Notes: generated by a model not told the origin, from the letters alone. Shown: positions 1 through 9,092, numbered from the stretch's first letter. The stretch: 64,000 nucleotides of DNA from an uncultured Lichenihabitans sp. (GCA_964244255.1 CAXTIC010000016.1:7695-71694); one strand, 5' to 3'. Program-made: numbers and translations.

Positions 1-412
1 CGCCGACGCCGGATCGAAATCGGGCTGCTGCCTTGTCGCTCGTAACAGCGGCAGTTAGCGGCTGAGCGTCCGCGTCAACGGAGCATCCAGGCAGGCGTGG
101 TCATCTTAACGCGCCGACATCGGCATGGCGGACGGGGTCAGGCGATCGACGCACTCACGTCCGCTGCTTGCACAAAGGCTCGCGCGAGCGCCCACATGAA
201 GCGAACCCGTCCCGTCTTGGCCCGTCTCGACCAGCCGCAATGCATCCGGGCACGGAAGAGAAGTTTCTCAGCCAGAGACGGCGCGGCTAACGAAGCCGCA
301 AGTCTCCTGACGGAAATCTCTCGACGAACGGGGTGACTTGAATTCCGCTAACCTTCTGATATGTCGCGGCTTGCCGAATACACTGCGGAATAGCCGGTAC
401 TTATACGTTGGG

Positions 413-488
413 TGGTGGAGCTGAGCGGAATCGAACCGCTGGCCTCTGCAGTGCGATTGCAGCGCTCTCCCATCTGAGCTACAGCCCC
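413..488 (-). tRNA. tRNA-Ala (anticodon CGC)
   Basis: 76-nt cloverleaf on the minus strand: GGGGCTGTAGCTCAGATGGGAGAGCGCTGCAATCGCACTGCAGAGGCCAGCGGTTCGATTCCGCTCAGCTCCACCA. It has the G3:U70 Ala identity pair, a GGTTCGATTCC T-arm, an encoded CCA and anticodon loop AUCGCAC. Confidence 0.9.
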
Positions 489-724
489 GTTGCGTGCCCC
501 TGTTATGCGGGGTGGCGGCTTGTGTCAACGGCGCGTCGCGGGCTCGGCCGGGGCCGCGCGCGCGGCCGTCGCGGGGGGCGCGCGAAAGGACCCGCGGGCG
601 GGTTCGGGCGATCGGCGGGGCCCGGCTCTCAGGTGCGGCCGATGTGGGGCACCTGCGCGGCGGACGGCTTTTTCCGACCCTGCGGCGGCTTAGAAGGGCT
701 CATCGACCAAAAAGGCTCCACCCC

Positions 725-1156
725 ATGCGTGTTCCCCTGCCCGTCCTCGCCGTCCTCGCCCTCCTCGCGACCGCGACCCCCACGCTCGCCCGGGCCGACT
801 TCCGGCTCTGCAACAACACCGCGAGCCGGGTCTCGGTGGCGTTGGCCTACACCAACGGGCAGGCCTGGTTGTCGGAAGGCTGGTGGAACCTGAAGTCCAA
901 CGCCTGCGAAACGCTGCTGCGCGGCGCGCTTGCGGCGCAGTTCTATTACGTCTACGGCATGGACGAGAGCGGCGGCGAGTGGAAGGGCAAGGCGTTCATG
1001 TGCACGCATGACCGCGAGTTCCGCATCGAGGGCCGCGGGGACTGCTTCGTCCGAGGCTATGACCGGACCGGCTTTTTCGAGGTCGACACCGGCAAGGACG
1101 CCAAGAACTGGACCGTGCAGCTGACCGACCCGGCCAAGCCCGGGCCCGCCCACTGA
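725..1156 (+). CDS. DUF1036 family secreted protein
   Basis: ORF 494..1156 trimmed to ATG 725. Signal peptide MRVPLPVLAVLALLATATPTLARA is followed by DFRLCNNT...EGWWNL...FYYVYG, which I recognise as DUF1036. It sits directly upstream of pyk, as is common in Alphaproteobacteria. Confidence 0.8.
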   Translation: MRVPLPVLAVLALLATATPTLARADFRLCNNTASRVSVALAYTNGQAWLSEGWWNLKSNACETLLRGALAAQFYYVYGMDESGGEWKGKAFMCTHDREFRIEGRGDCFVRGYDRTGFFEVDTGKDAKNWTVQLTDPAKPGPAH

Positions 1157-1252
1157 GCCGCCGCACACTCGCGGCCGCGTTGACGAAGCCCGCATGAAGC
1201 CCCGGCGGCGGACCACCCCGGGTCCGCTCCGCGCGCGAAGAAGGATATCGGC

Positions 1253-2683
1253 ATGAGACGGATGCGCCGGGTGAAGATACTCGCGACGCTCGGCCCCGCT
1301 TCGCAGGACCGCGCCGTGCTGGCCAAGCTGTTCGAGGCCGGCGCCGACGTGTTCCGCATCAACATGAGCCACGCGAGCCACGACGCGATGCGCGAGCGCA
1401 TCCGCACGATCCGCTCGCTCGAAGCCGAGTATCAGCGCCCCATCGGCATCCTCGTCGACCTGCAAGGCCCCAAGCTCCGGGTCGGCCAGTTCGCCGACGG
1501 CGGGGTCGATCTCGTCAAGGGCGACACGATCGTGCTCGACGGCGATCCCACCCCGGGCAACGCCGCGCGGGTGCAACTGCCGCACCCGGAGATCCTGCGC
1601 GCGCTGCGGCCCGGGCACGTCGTCCTGATCGACGACGGCAAGGTACGGCTGCACATCGTCGAAGCGAGCCCCGAACGGGCCAGCGCGGTCGTCGACATCC
1701 CCGGCCGGATCTCGAACCGCAAGGGCGTGAGCTTGCCCGACACCGAAATCCCGGTTTCGGCCATGACGGCCAAGGACCGTTCCGACCTCGACGCGGCGCT
1801 GAACGAGGGCGTCGACTGGATCGCGGTCAGCTTCGTGCAGCGCGCCGACGACGTGGCGGAGGTCAAGAAGATCGCGCGCGGCCGGGCGCTCGTGCTGGCC
1901 AAGATCGAAAAGCCGCAGGCGATCGCGCGGCTCGACGAGATCATGGACATTTCCGACGCCTTGATGGTCGCGCGCGGCGACCTCGGCGTGGAAATGCCGC
2001 TCGAAAAGGTGCCGGGTTTGCAGAAGCGGATCACCAGGAACGCGCGCCGGCTCGGCAAGCCGGTGGTCGTGGCGACGCAGATGCTCGAATCGATGATCTC
2101 GTCGCCGGTGCCGACGCGGGCCGAGGTGTCGGATGTCGCCACCGCGGTGTTCGAGGGTGCCGACGCCGTGATGCTGTCGGCCGAGAGCGCCTCCGGCCAG
2201 TTCCCGGTCGAGGCCGTGGCGACGATGAACCGCATCGCCGAGGAGGTCGAGCGCGACCCGCTCCACCCGGTCATCATCGCGTCGCAGCGCGCACAGTCCG
2301 AGCCCACGGGCGCTGACGCGATCGCCTATGCGGCGCGCGACATCGCCGAAACGCTCGACCTCAAGACCATCGTGGCCTGGACCTCGTCGGGCTCGACCGG
2401 CATCCGCATCGCGCGCGAGCGGCCGCGCATCCCCGTCCTGGCGCTGACGCCCTCGACCGACACCGCGCGACGGCTAGCCCTCGTGTGGGGCGTGCACGCG
2501 CTCGTCACCGCGGACGCGAAGGATGTCGACGACATGGCCGAGCGGGCGTGCCGCAACTCCTTCACCGAAGGCTTCGCGGCGGTCGGCGAGCGCATCCTCG
2601 TCGTGGCGGGCGTGCCGTTCGGTTCGCCCGGCGCCACCAACATGGTACGCATCGCCTTCATCGGGCCGCAGGGCGGCGCCTGA
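1253..2683 (+). CDS. pyk: pyruvate kinase
   Basis: 476-aa ORF with KILATLGPAS, FRINMSHASH and MVARGDLGVEMP motifs and a C-terminal regulatory domain. Confidence 0.95.
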   Translation: MRRMRRVKILATLGPASQDRAVLAKLFEAGADVFRINMSHASHDAMRERIRTIRSLEAEYQRPIGILVDLQGPKLRVGQFADGGVDLVKGDTIVLDGDPTPGNAARVQLPHPEILRALRPGHVVLIDDGKVRLHIVEASPERASAVVDIPGRISNRKGVSLPDTEIPVSAMTAKDRSDLDAALNEGVDWIAVSFVQRADDVAEVKKIARGRALVLAKIEKPQAIARLDEIMDISDALMVARGDLGVEMPLEKVPGLQKRITRNARRLGKPVVVATQMLESMISSPVPTRAEVSDVATAVFEGADAVMLSAESASGQFPVEAVATMNRIAEEVERDPLHPVIIASQRAQSEPTGADAIAYAARDIAETLDLKTIVAWTSSGSTGIRIARERPRIPVLALTPSTDTARRLALVWGVHALVTADAKDVDDMAERACRNSFTEGFAAVGERILVVAGVPFGSPGATNMVRIAFIGPQGGA

Positions 2684-3130
2684 GCGTCACGGCCAATCGC
2701 GGTTCGCCCAAGCACGAGAACCGGCCGGCCGCAGGCCCGAAAGCACCTTGTGTGCGGAATGGACGCCCGCGACGGCGCGCGGCGGTCTCGCAAACGATGT
2801 TCACGCCCGGGACGGGCGCGCGACACCGGCGTCCGTTCCCTTCGAGAACACCAGCGCGGATGGTCAGACCGGCCGGAGCTTCGCCTTCCGTCTTGGTGTC
2901 GCGTTCGGGGTCCGGCCCACGGGTGACGGTACGGGGCACGGCTACCCGGCCCCTTGGCAGACCGTTCCGCCGCGGATCAAGGACGCGCTGTTCGACGACA
3001 GCCTCGTCAGCCATCGGCCGGTCAAGACCTTTCCGAGGTTCGAGGAACGCGATCTGAATTGGGCGCCGCACGCTTCCTCGCCGCACGGCAGCCATCGGCG
3101 CTCCGGAAAGCCCCCGCGACGTCGCTTTCG

Positions 3131-3147
3131 CTTCACGTTTCTTCACG
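3131..3147. promoter_or_regulatory. tandem direct repeat CTTCACG-N3-CTTCACG, a candidate OmpR-family response-regulator site
   Basis: gCTTCACGtttCTTCACGct gives a 10-bp centre-to-centre spacing. It lies about 80 nt upstream of the LTXXQ gene ATG at 3226. Confidence 0.25.
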
Positions 3148-3225
3148 CTCCGCCGGATCGCGCGAAACGTGCGCCCGCTATCGCTGCCCATACCGGACCT
3201 GTCCGGCGACTCTGACGGCGAGGCA

Positions 3226-3819
3226 ATGATGAGCAACACTGAAGGATACGACGGACGTGCGGCGCAGGCCGCCACGGGAGCGAGCGCGGCGGCACGCCTG
3301 CGCGCCCCGCTCCTTGCCGCTTGCGCCCTGATCGGGGGCGCGATCGGCGGAACGGGCGGCTATGCCCTCGCGGCCGGGCCCTGGCACCACGGCTTCAATC
3401 TCGAGCGCGTCCAGTCCGTCGTGGCGCGCGCCTTGGACGGCGTCGGGGCGACCACGGCACAGGAAGCGAAGGTCCACGACATCGTGGCGTCGACCCTCGC
3501 GGATTTCGGGCAGAATGCCGAGGCCCGGCAGGCCGCGGGCAAGCAGATGCTGGCCCTCCTGCGCGCGCCCGTCATCGACCGGTCCGCCGTCGAACGGCTG
3601 CGCGCGGATCAGATCGCGACCTTCGACGAGCGGTCGAAGACGGTGGTGGCCGCGCTTCTCGACGCGGCCGACCAGTTGACCGCCGCGCAGCGGGGCAAGC
3701 TCGCCGATCGGGTGCAGGCGATGATGCAGCGTCGCCACGACATGAACCTCGACGACGGTCCGAACGCGGGCGGGCGCGGCTTCCCGCCCATGCCGGACCG
3801 CGAGCCCGAAAAGGACTGA
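3226..3819 (+). CDS. Spy/CpxP-family (LTXXQ) periplasmic stress protein
   Basis: ORF 3169..3819 trimmed to ATG 3226, which follows GGCGAGG. It has a hydrophobic N-terminal segment LLAACALIGGAIGG, an LTAAQ motif and a helical Ala/Arg/Gln-rich body. It lies upstream of a two-component pair. Confidence 0.7.
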   Translation: MMSNTEGYDGRAAQAATGASAAARLRAPLLAACALIGGAIGGTGGYALAAGPWHHGFNLERVQSVVARALDGVGATTAQEAKVHDIVASTLADFGQNAEARQAAGKQMLALLRAPVIDRSAVERLRADQIATFDERSKTVVAALLDAADQLTAAQRGKLADRVQAMMQRRHDMNLDDGPNAGGRGFPPMPDREPEKD

Positions 3820-4216
3820 GGCCGAGGCGACGCGATTTAGCGGCGCCGCGACCTCCGCGCCGCACCAATCCCCTCCCGGACCCGGCGATACCGGCCATGA
3901 ACGGTCCTGCGACCGTCGGTGACGGACGTCTCGCCAAACATGCGTCCGTATCTTACGCCGGCAACCGGATGGCACGGATTGTGGGATGTACGACCGCGCC
4001 GGCGCCAAGCGGGACCGCCACCGCTACGCGCGGATTCCGTTCCACGCGACGCGACCCGGCTCGGCGCGACCCCTTCGGGGGCGCGGCGGGCCGGCCTTCG
4101 CGGACCGCCGCTGGACATTCGTACCGGGATGAGGAAAAGGCCCGGGACTCGTTACGCCACCATCGGACACCGCCTTTGGCGTCCATGCCGCGGCGGTCGA
4201 CGCGAAAGGTGATCGG

Positions 4217-4918
4217 GTGACGGAGCGGATCCTCGTCATCGACGACGACCGTCGGCTCGCCGGCATGGTCGCGGACTACCTGTCCGCGGCGGGCTTCTCG
4301 GTCGAACGGCGATTCAGTGCCCTCGAGGGCCTGGAGGCGCTCGCGCGCTCGTCTTTCGATGCCGTGATCCTCGATGTGATGCTGCCCGACCGCGACGGCT
4401 TCGAGGTTTGCCGGCGAATCCGATCCGGTTCCGAAGTTCCTGTGCTGATGCTGACCGCGCGGGGCGAGGACACGGACCGCATCGTCGGGCTCGAGATCGG
4501 GGCGGACGACTACCTGCCGAAGCCGTTCAACCCGCGTGAACTGCTGGCCCGCCTGCGGGCCATCCTTCGGCGACGCAGGACGCTCGCGCCATCCGAAGGC
4601 GACGCTCTGAGGTTCGGGCGGCTCGTCATCGACCGGGATTCGCGCATGGTGCGGGTCGACGGCGACGCGAAAAGCCTGACGAGCTACCAGTTCGATCTCC
4701 TCGTCGCGCTCGCCGAGAATGCCGGCCGGGTGCTCACCCGGGAAAGGCTGCTCGACCTCGTCAAAGGAGAGGAACTGGAGGCCTTCGACCGATCGATCGA
4801 CGTCCACGTTTCGCGTCTGCGCTCGGCCATCGAGGACGACCCCCGACAGCCGCGGCGGATCATCACCGTGCGCGGCAGCGGCTACGTCTTTGCCAAAAAG
4901 CAGGATTTCGAGCCGTGA
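4217..4918 (+). CDS. OmpR/PhoB-family response regulator
   Basis: GTG start. The receiver domain shows ILVIDDD...DAVILDVMLPDRDG...KPF. The winged-helix C-terminus shows LTSYQFDLL...VRGSGYVF. Confidence 0.9.
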   Translation: MTERILVIDDDRRLAGMVADYLSAAGFSVERRFSALEGLEALARSSFDAVILDVMLPDRDGFEVCRRIRSGSEVPVLMLTARGEDTDRIVGLEIGADDYLPKPFNPRELLARLRAILRRRRTLAPSEGDALRFGRLVIDRDSRMVRVDGDAKSLTSYQFDLLVALAENAGRVLTRERLLDLVKGEELEAFDRSIDVHVSRLRSAIEDDPRQPRRIITVRGSGYVFAKKQDFEP

Positions 4919-6234
4919 GGGTGATCCGCCGGCGGTTGTTCTGGAAAATCTATCTGACCTTGCTGTCGAGCCTGGTCGTCGTAACCGTGACGATGGGCGG
5001 CCTCTGGTGGCTCCTGGGCGAAGCGCCGCACGACTACCGGAACGCGCTGCGCATCGACCTCACGGACAGGCTCCTCAGCGCGGGGACCTCGGGCGACGCC
5101 GTCGCCGACGCCGTGCGGCGGCTCGGCAGCGACCTCGGCGCCGACGTCACGCTTTACGGAAGCGACGGCGCACGGTTGGCCGCACGAGGCGTGCCGATCG
5201 AAGAGGGCTCGGACGCGGGCCTCCGGCGCTCCCCCTCCATGCGCGTGGATCTTCCCGACGGGCGGACCCTGCTGGTGCGCTTCGAGCTTCCTCCAGGTCG
5301 ACGCGCGATGGCGATCTTCAGCGCCATGCTGATCGCCGCGGGCGGCGTCGGCTTGGCCGCCTTTCCCATCACGGCGCGGCTGACGCGTCGTCTTGAAGGC
5401 TTGCGCGCGGGCATGGAGCGCTGGGGGCGGGGCGACACCTGGGCACGCGTCGACGGCCGTGGGAGCGACGAGGTCGCCTCCGTCGCGGGCACATTCAACG
5501 CCGCGGCCGAACGCATCACGGCCCTGCTCGCCTCGCAGCGGGCGCTGCTCGCGAACGCCAGCCACGAACTGCGCTCGCCCCTGGCGCGGCTCCGAATCGC
5601 GGTCGATCTCTGGCAGGCGCGGCCCGACCAGGCGGGGCGCGAGGAAATCGTCCGCAACCTCTTCGAACTCGACGAGCTGGTCGACGAGATCCTGTTGTCG
5701 AGCCGCCTCGAGCATGCGGGCGCGACGGTAGGCCGGATCGAGCCCGTGGACCTGCTCGGTCTCGCCGCGGAGGAAGCGGTGCGCGTCGGCGCGTGCCTGG
5801 AAGGGGAGCCGGTCGAGGTCGACGGCAACGAGATTCTCTTTCGGCGCCTCATCCGCAACCTCCTCGAGAACGGCGTCAAGCATGGCCGGCCGCCGGTCCG
5901 CATCGGCGTGCTCGCGCGAAACCGCGAGGCTCGCATCATCGTCACGGATGAGGGTGACGGCATTCCGCCGGACGAGCGCGAGCGGGTGTTCGAGCCTTTC
6001 TACCGGCCGGCGGGGCGCGGCGAGGCCTCCGGAGGCTGGGGGCTCGGCCTGTCCCTGGTCCGACAGATCGCGTCCCGCCACGGCGGCCGCGTCACGTGCG
6101 ACGGGAAGGAAGCTTCGACCGGCAGCCTGTTTGTCGTCTCGCTCCCGACGAACGGGAAGCGGCGGGGCGACGACGCGGCCCAGCCCGGCATCGCGGCGCC
6201 GGGCACGATGCCGCCCCGGACGAACGCGGGATGA
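4915..6234 (+). CDS. sensor histidine kinase (HAMP-HisKA-HATPase)
   Basis: GTGA start/stop overlap with the regulator. It has two TM segments, an H-box NASHELRSPL, an N-box LLENGVKH and a G-box GWGLGLSLV. Confidence 0.9.
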   Translation: MRVIRRRLFWKIYLTLLSSLVVVTVTMGGLWWLLGEAPHDYRNALRIDLTDRLLSAGTSGDAVADAVRRLGSDLGADVTLYGSDGARLAARGVPIEEGSDAGLRRSPSMRVDLPDGRTLLVRFELPPGRRAMAIFSAMLIAAGGVGLAAFPITARLTRRLEGLRAGMERWGRGDTWARVDGRGSDEVASVAGTFNAAAERITALLASQRALLANASHELRSPLARLRIAVDLWQARPDQAGREEIVRNLFELDELVDEILLSSRLEHAGATVGRIEPVDLLGLAAEEAVRVGACLEGEPVEVDGNEILFRRLIRNLLENGVKHGRPPVRIGVLARNREARIIVTDEGDGIPPDERERVFEPFYRPAGRGEASGGWGLGLSLVRQIASRHGGRVTCDGKEASTGSLFVVSLPTNGKRRGDDAAQPGIAAPGTMPPRTNAG

Positions 6235-6331
6235 CGTCCGATCTTCAAGAATCTTCACATGCGACCGGCGCTGCGGAAACGTGACCGGATTAGCGTGGTC
6301 GCGATGCACCCGTCAAAAGGGAGAGTTCCCG

Positions 6332-6493
6332 ATGAATATGCACGATCCGAGCTTTATTTTCGGACTGGCAATGCTGGTGATCTCGGTTCTGGTGATCCTG
6401 TTCGACAGCATGGCACAGCCGGGGGAGCGGCTCAACGGCCGATCCGCTCGCCCCGTGGGCAAGCGGGTAAAGGCCATCCGTGGGGCACCGTAG
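6332..6493 (+). CDS. possible 53-aa single-TM small protein
   Basis: ATG 6332 is preceded by AAAGGGAGAG. The peptide MNMHDPSFIFGLAMLVISVLVILFDS... has one clear TM helix and a basic tail. It is the tail of track ORF 5882..6493. There is no homology support. Confidence 0.3.
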   Translation: MNMHDPSFIFGLAMLVISVLVILFDSMAQPGERLNGRSARPVGKRVKAIRGAP

Positions 6494-6512
6494 CCTTGCC
6501 GAGGTCGGAACC

Positions 6513-8576
6513 TCAGGCGTGGAACTTGAAGTCGCTGGCGGTGAGCGACGCCGTGCTCACGTTGTCGAGCGTGATGGTATTGTGGGCGCCGACCTGGATC
6601 ACGGCGTTGCCGTTCACGTCCTTGGTGTTGTTCAACACCTCGGCGGCGCTCGTGAATTGGGCGGTCGAAAGGCTGAGCAGATCGTGCCCGGGCCCGTTGC
6701 CGGCGATGAAGTCGGTGATCGTGTCCTGCCCGAAGTGACGCTGGAACACGAAGCTTTCGTTCTTTCCGTTTCCCGTCATCGTATCGTCGAATACGCTAGC
6801 GAGCTTCAGCGAGTTGGCAAAACCCGTTACCGTATGGGACCCGTCGTTGTTGTATACCGTTTCCGACTTCTCGACGCTGAAGTCGGAGGAATAGGTGTCC
6901 GACTTGTAATAGAAGCTTTTGTCGTTGAAATACGTGCCAGAATCATAGTTGAGGAGCACGGTCCCATTGGGTTGCGGCAGGCTGTAGTCGTTGAGGTACA
7001 CGGCGCCTTTGGCGGCGGTGAAAGTCTCCCCGGCGAAACTGCCGTCCGGATTGAGATCCTGTTCGTAGCTGGTGTAGGGCTGGCCATGGATGCCGGTCTG
7101 CAGCCCGAAGGAGGCGGGCGTTTGTTGCGACACGTTGCCGGCGGCGTCGGTGGCCGTCGCGGTCAGGTTCTGCTGCCCGGTCGTAAGGTGGGCCTGGGCC
7201 AGCGTCCAGGTTCCGTTGGGGTGCACGACGGCGGCCCCGAGGTCGGTCCCGTTGTCGTAGACCTCGACGCCCGTGACCTGACCGGACGCGTCCGCTACCG
7301 TCCCGGTCAGTTTCGCCGTGTGGGCGTTGTGGAAGGTGACCCCCGGCGTGAAGGCGACGGTCGGGGGCACGATGTCCACCGTGTCGCGCACCACCGCTTC
7401 GGCGCCGAGCGGGCCCGCGAGGTTCGCGGCATACGTGCTGAAGGCGACGCGGGAATCGCCGGCCGAAAACGCCTGCTCCGACGGATAGTTGATGTAGCTG
7501 CCCGCATTGCCCGCGGCGCCCGACGCGTCCTTGGACAGGAGCGTGAGCGCCCCGGTTTGCAGGTTCTTGACATAGACCTGCGACAGGCCGGCCGTGGCCG
7601 CCGGGTCGAGGTTCGTCGCGGTGCTCTCGAACAGCGCGAAACGGCCATCGGCGGACAGGATGGGCGCGTCGCTGACGCCGTTGGCGATGGTGCCGTCGGC
7701 CTTGGCCGATATCAGCGTCAAGCCGCCCGTCGCCAGGTTCTTCAGATAGGCTTCGGAATTCCCGCCGGTCGCTCCCGCGACGAGGTTCGACGCGGTGCTG
7801 TCGAAGGCGACGAGCGTCCCATCCGCCGATGTCGAGCCGTTGTAGCTCCCCGCGTTGGCGATCGTCCCGCCGCTCGTTTGCGAGACGATCGACAAGGCGC
7901 CGGACTGAATGTTCTTCGCGTATATCTCGGCGAGCCCGCTCGCCGATCCGAGATCCGTGGCAAGCGACCCGAACACGACGACATTGCCGTCCGCCGAGAT
8001 CGAGTACGAGTAGGAATCGCCGTTCGCCTGCGTGCCGGTCGCGGTTTGCGAGGCGAGCGTGAAGGCGCCGGTGGCGAGGTTCTTGACGTAGATTTCCTTG
8101 AAGGCCCCCGACGCCCCGAGACCGAGGTTGGTCGCGTTGCTGTCGAACGCCACGATGGCGCCGTTGGCCGACAGGGCGGCGTATTCGCTCTGGCCGTCGG
8201 CGACCGTCCCGGCGCCCGTCTGCGACACCAGGGTGAGGCCGCCGGTCGAAAGGTTCTTGACGTAAACCTCGTCGTTGCCGGCCGTGGCCCCGGCGACCAG
8301 GTTCGACGCATAGCTGTCGAACCCGACGCTGCTGCCGTCCGCCGAGAGTGTCGGATAGTAGGCGAGCTGGTTCCCCGTCACTCCGGCACTGGACTGCGAC
8401 ACCGGCGTCAGGACCGAGTTCGACTCGTTCTTGACGTAAGCCTGAGAGAACCCGCTGACCGGATCGAGGCTCACGAACGAAACGAGATTGCCGTCGGCGC
8501 TGATCGATGCGTCGTAGCTCTGGGTATTGACCACGCCCGCGTTGCTTTGCGACGCGATATCGAAGGTGCCCGCCAT
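6513..8576 (-). CDS. secreted seven-repeat beta-propeller / Ig-like protein with a T1SS-type C-terminal domain
   Basis: ORF 6513..8672 trimmed to the internal ATG (MAGTFDIASQ). It has seven repeats of the (I/L)SADGxxVxF...YVKNLxTGxLTLVS type. An Ig-like segment follows (TGTVADASGQVTGVEVYDNGTDLG...ATATDAAGNVS). The C-terminus DTITDFIAGNGPGHDLLSLS...ITLDNVSTASLTASDFKFHA is typical of type I secretion substrates. There is no N-terminal signal peptide. Confidence 0.8.
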   Translation of the reverse strand: MAGTFDIASQSNAGVVNTQSYDASISADGNLVSFVSLDPVSGFSQAYVKNESNSVLTPVSQSSAGVTGNQLAYYPTLSADGSSVGFDSYASNLVAGATAGNDEVYVKNLSTGGLTLVSQTGAGTVADGQSEYAALSANGAIVAFDSNATNLGLGASGAFKEIYVKNLATGAFTLASQTATGTQANGDSYSYSISADGNVVVFGSLATDLGSASGLAEIYAKNIQSGALSIVSQTSGGTIANAGSYNGSTSADGTLVAFDSTASNLVAGATGGNSEAYLKNLATGGLTLISAKADGTIANGVSDAPILSADGRFALFESTATNLDPAATAGLSQVYVKNLQTGALTLLSKDASGAAGNAGSYINYPSEQAFSAGDSRVAFSTYAANLAGPLGAEAVVRDTVDIVPPTVAFTPGVTFHNAHTAKLTGTVADASGQVTGVEVYDNGTDLGAAVVHPNGTWTLAQAHLTTGQQNLTATATDAAGNVSQQTPASFGLQTGIHGQPYTSYEQDLNPDGSFAGETFTAAKGAVYLNDYSLPQPNGTVLLNYDSGTYFNDKSFYYKSDTYSSDFSVEKSETVYNNDGSHTVTGFANSLKLASVFDDTMTGNGKNESFVFQRHFGQDTITDFIAGNGPGHDLLSLSTAQFTSAAEVLNNTKDVNGNAVIQVGAHNTITLDNVSTASLTASDFKFHA
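7391..8546 (-). repeat. seven tandem coding repeats (about 52-63 codons each) forming the propeller blades
   Basis: SADG/SANG/SAGD cores occur at residues 26, 78, 136, 194, 250, 308 and 371 of the trimmed protein. Each is followed by a xYVKNLxTG strand motif. Confidence 0.6.
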
Positions 8577-8849
8577 CGTATGTCTCCCTGGGGTAGGGTC
8601 CGATCCCGTGTCGAACCCGATTGCAACCGAAGTTCGTTCAGCGCCGGCATCAAAGCACCCAGATGCGCGCAAACCCGTAACTTCCGCGGGCGATTTTTCC
8701 TAAACATGCTCCCTTTGCACAAGTTTTAGGCGCGATGCCGGTGGCGCGCAAGGGATTGTTCGGTCGTGTCCGGCGCGGGGACGCGGGACCCGACAACGAG
8801 CTCCGGCGACGCGGATGCGGACCGTGGGCGGCAGGTCGGACCAGCGACC

Positions 8850-8866
8850 TTTATAAGGTTCTTATA
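8850..8866 (+). promoter_or_regulatory. candidate KdpE operator (TTTATA-N5-CTTATA)
   Basis: TTTATAAGGTTCTTATA sits in the AT-richer stretch upstream of the kdp operon. It has the same half-site and spacing architecture as the E. coli kdpFABC KdpE site as I recall it (TTTATA-N5-TTTACA). Confidence 0.4.
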
Positions 8867-9008
8867 GCCGTTCCGGCTTTCCCGGCTCGCATTCCTATGC
8901 CGGCTTTGCGATCAAGCGTGCCACAGTGATGCGATCAGATGTTCGGCCGGGTCAGCACCCATGCCGATACAACTGGCCGACCGAATGTCCTCCGGAGCCG
9001 CGCGGGCC

Positions 9009-9092
9009 ATGCTTGACATCATCTTCGTCCTCGGCGGGATCGCTTTCTTCGCGATCTCGGTCGCCTATACGATTCTCTGCAATAATCTCTGA
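9009..9092 (+). CDS. possible 27-aa hydrophobic micropeptide upstream of kdpF
   Basis: ATG 9009 to TGA 9090-9092 encodes MLDIIFVLGGIAFFAISVAYTILCNNL, with GGAG 11 nt upstream. Its stop overlaps the GAGGAG Shine-Dalgarno of kdpF. It is too short to appear in the ORF track. Confidence 0.35.
   Translation: MLDIIFVLGGIAFFAISVAYTILCNNL

Noticed and set aside
97-336. 79-aa ORF at the window start, and a GCGGCT-loop-AGCCGC hairpin near 283-299
   Set aside because: There is no RBS, no recognisable family and no U-tract. This is insufficient to call a gene, sRNA or terminator.
629-2266. 545-aa minus-strand ORF covering DUF1036 and pyk
   Set aside because: It is antisense to two well-supported genes. 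Its Arg/Gly/Asp/His-rich low-complexity translation is typical of shadow ORFs in high-GC DNA.
2684-3130. About 450-nt gap between pyk and the LTXXQ gene, examined for a missed gene or riboswitch
   Set aside because: Only shadow-type ORFs are present (2485..3057, 2658..3275). I could read no conserved RNA motif. It is left unannotated.
6513-8576. Calling the propeller protein a classical RTX toxin
   Set aside because: No GGxGxD nonapeptide array is present. Only the C-terminal targeting-like block resembles T1SS cargo.
6480-8729. 749-aa plus-strand ORF
   Set aside because: It is the mirror frame of the repeat-rich propeller gene. The Arg/Gly/Val-rich translation has no motifs, and the minus-strand product has clear domain architecture.
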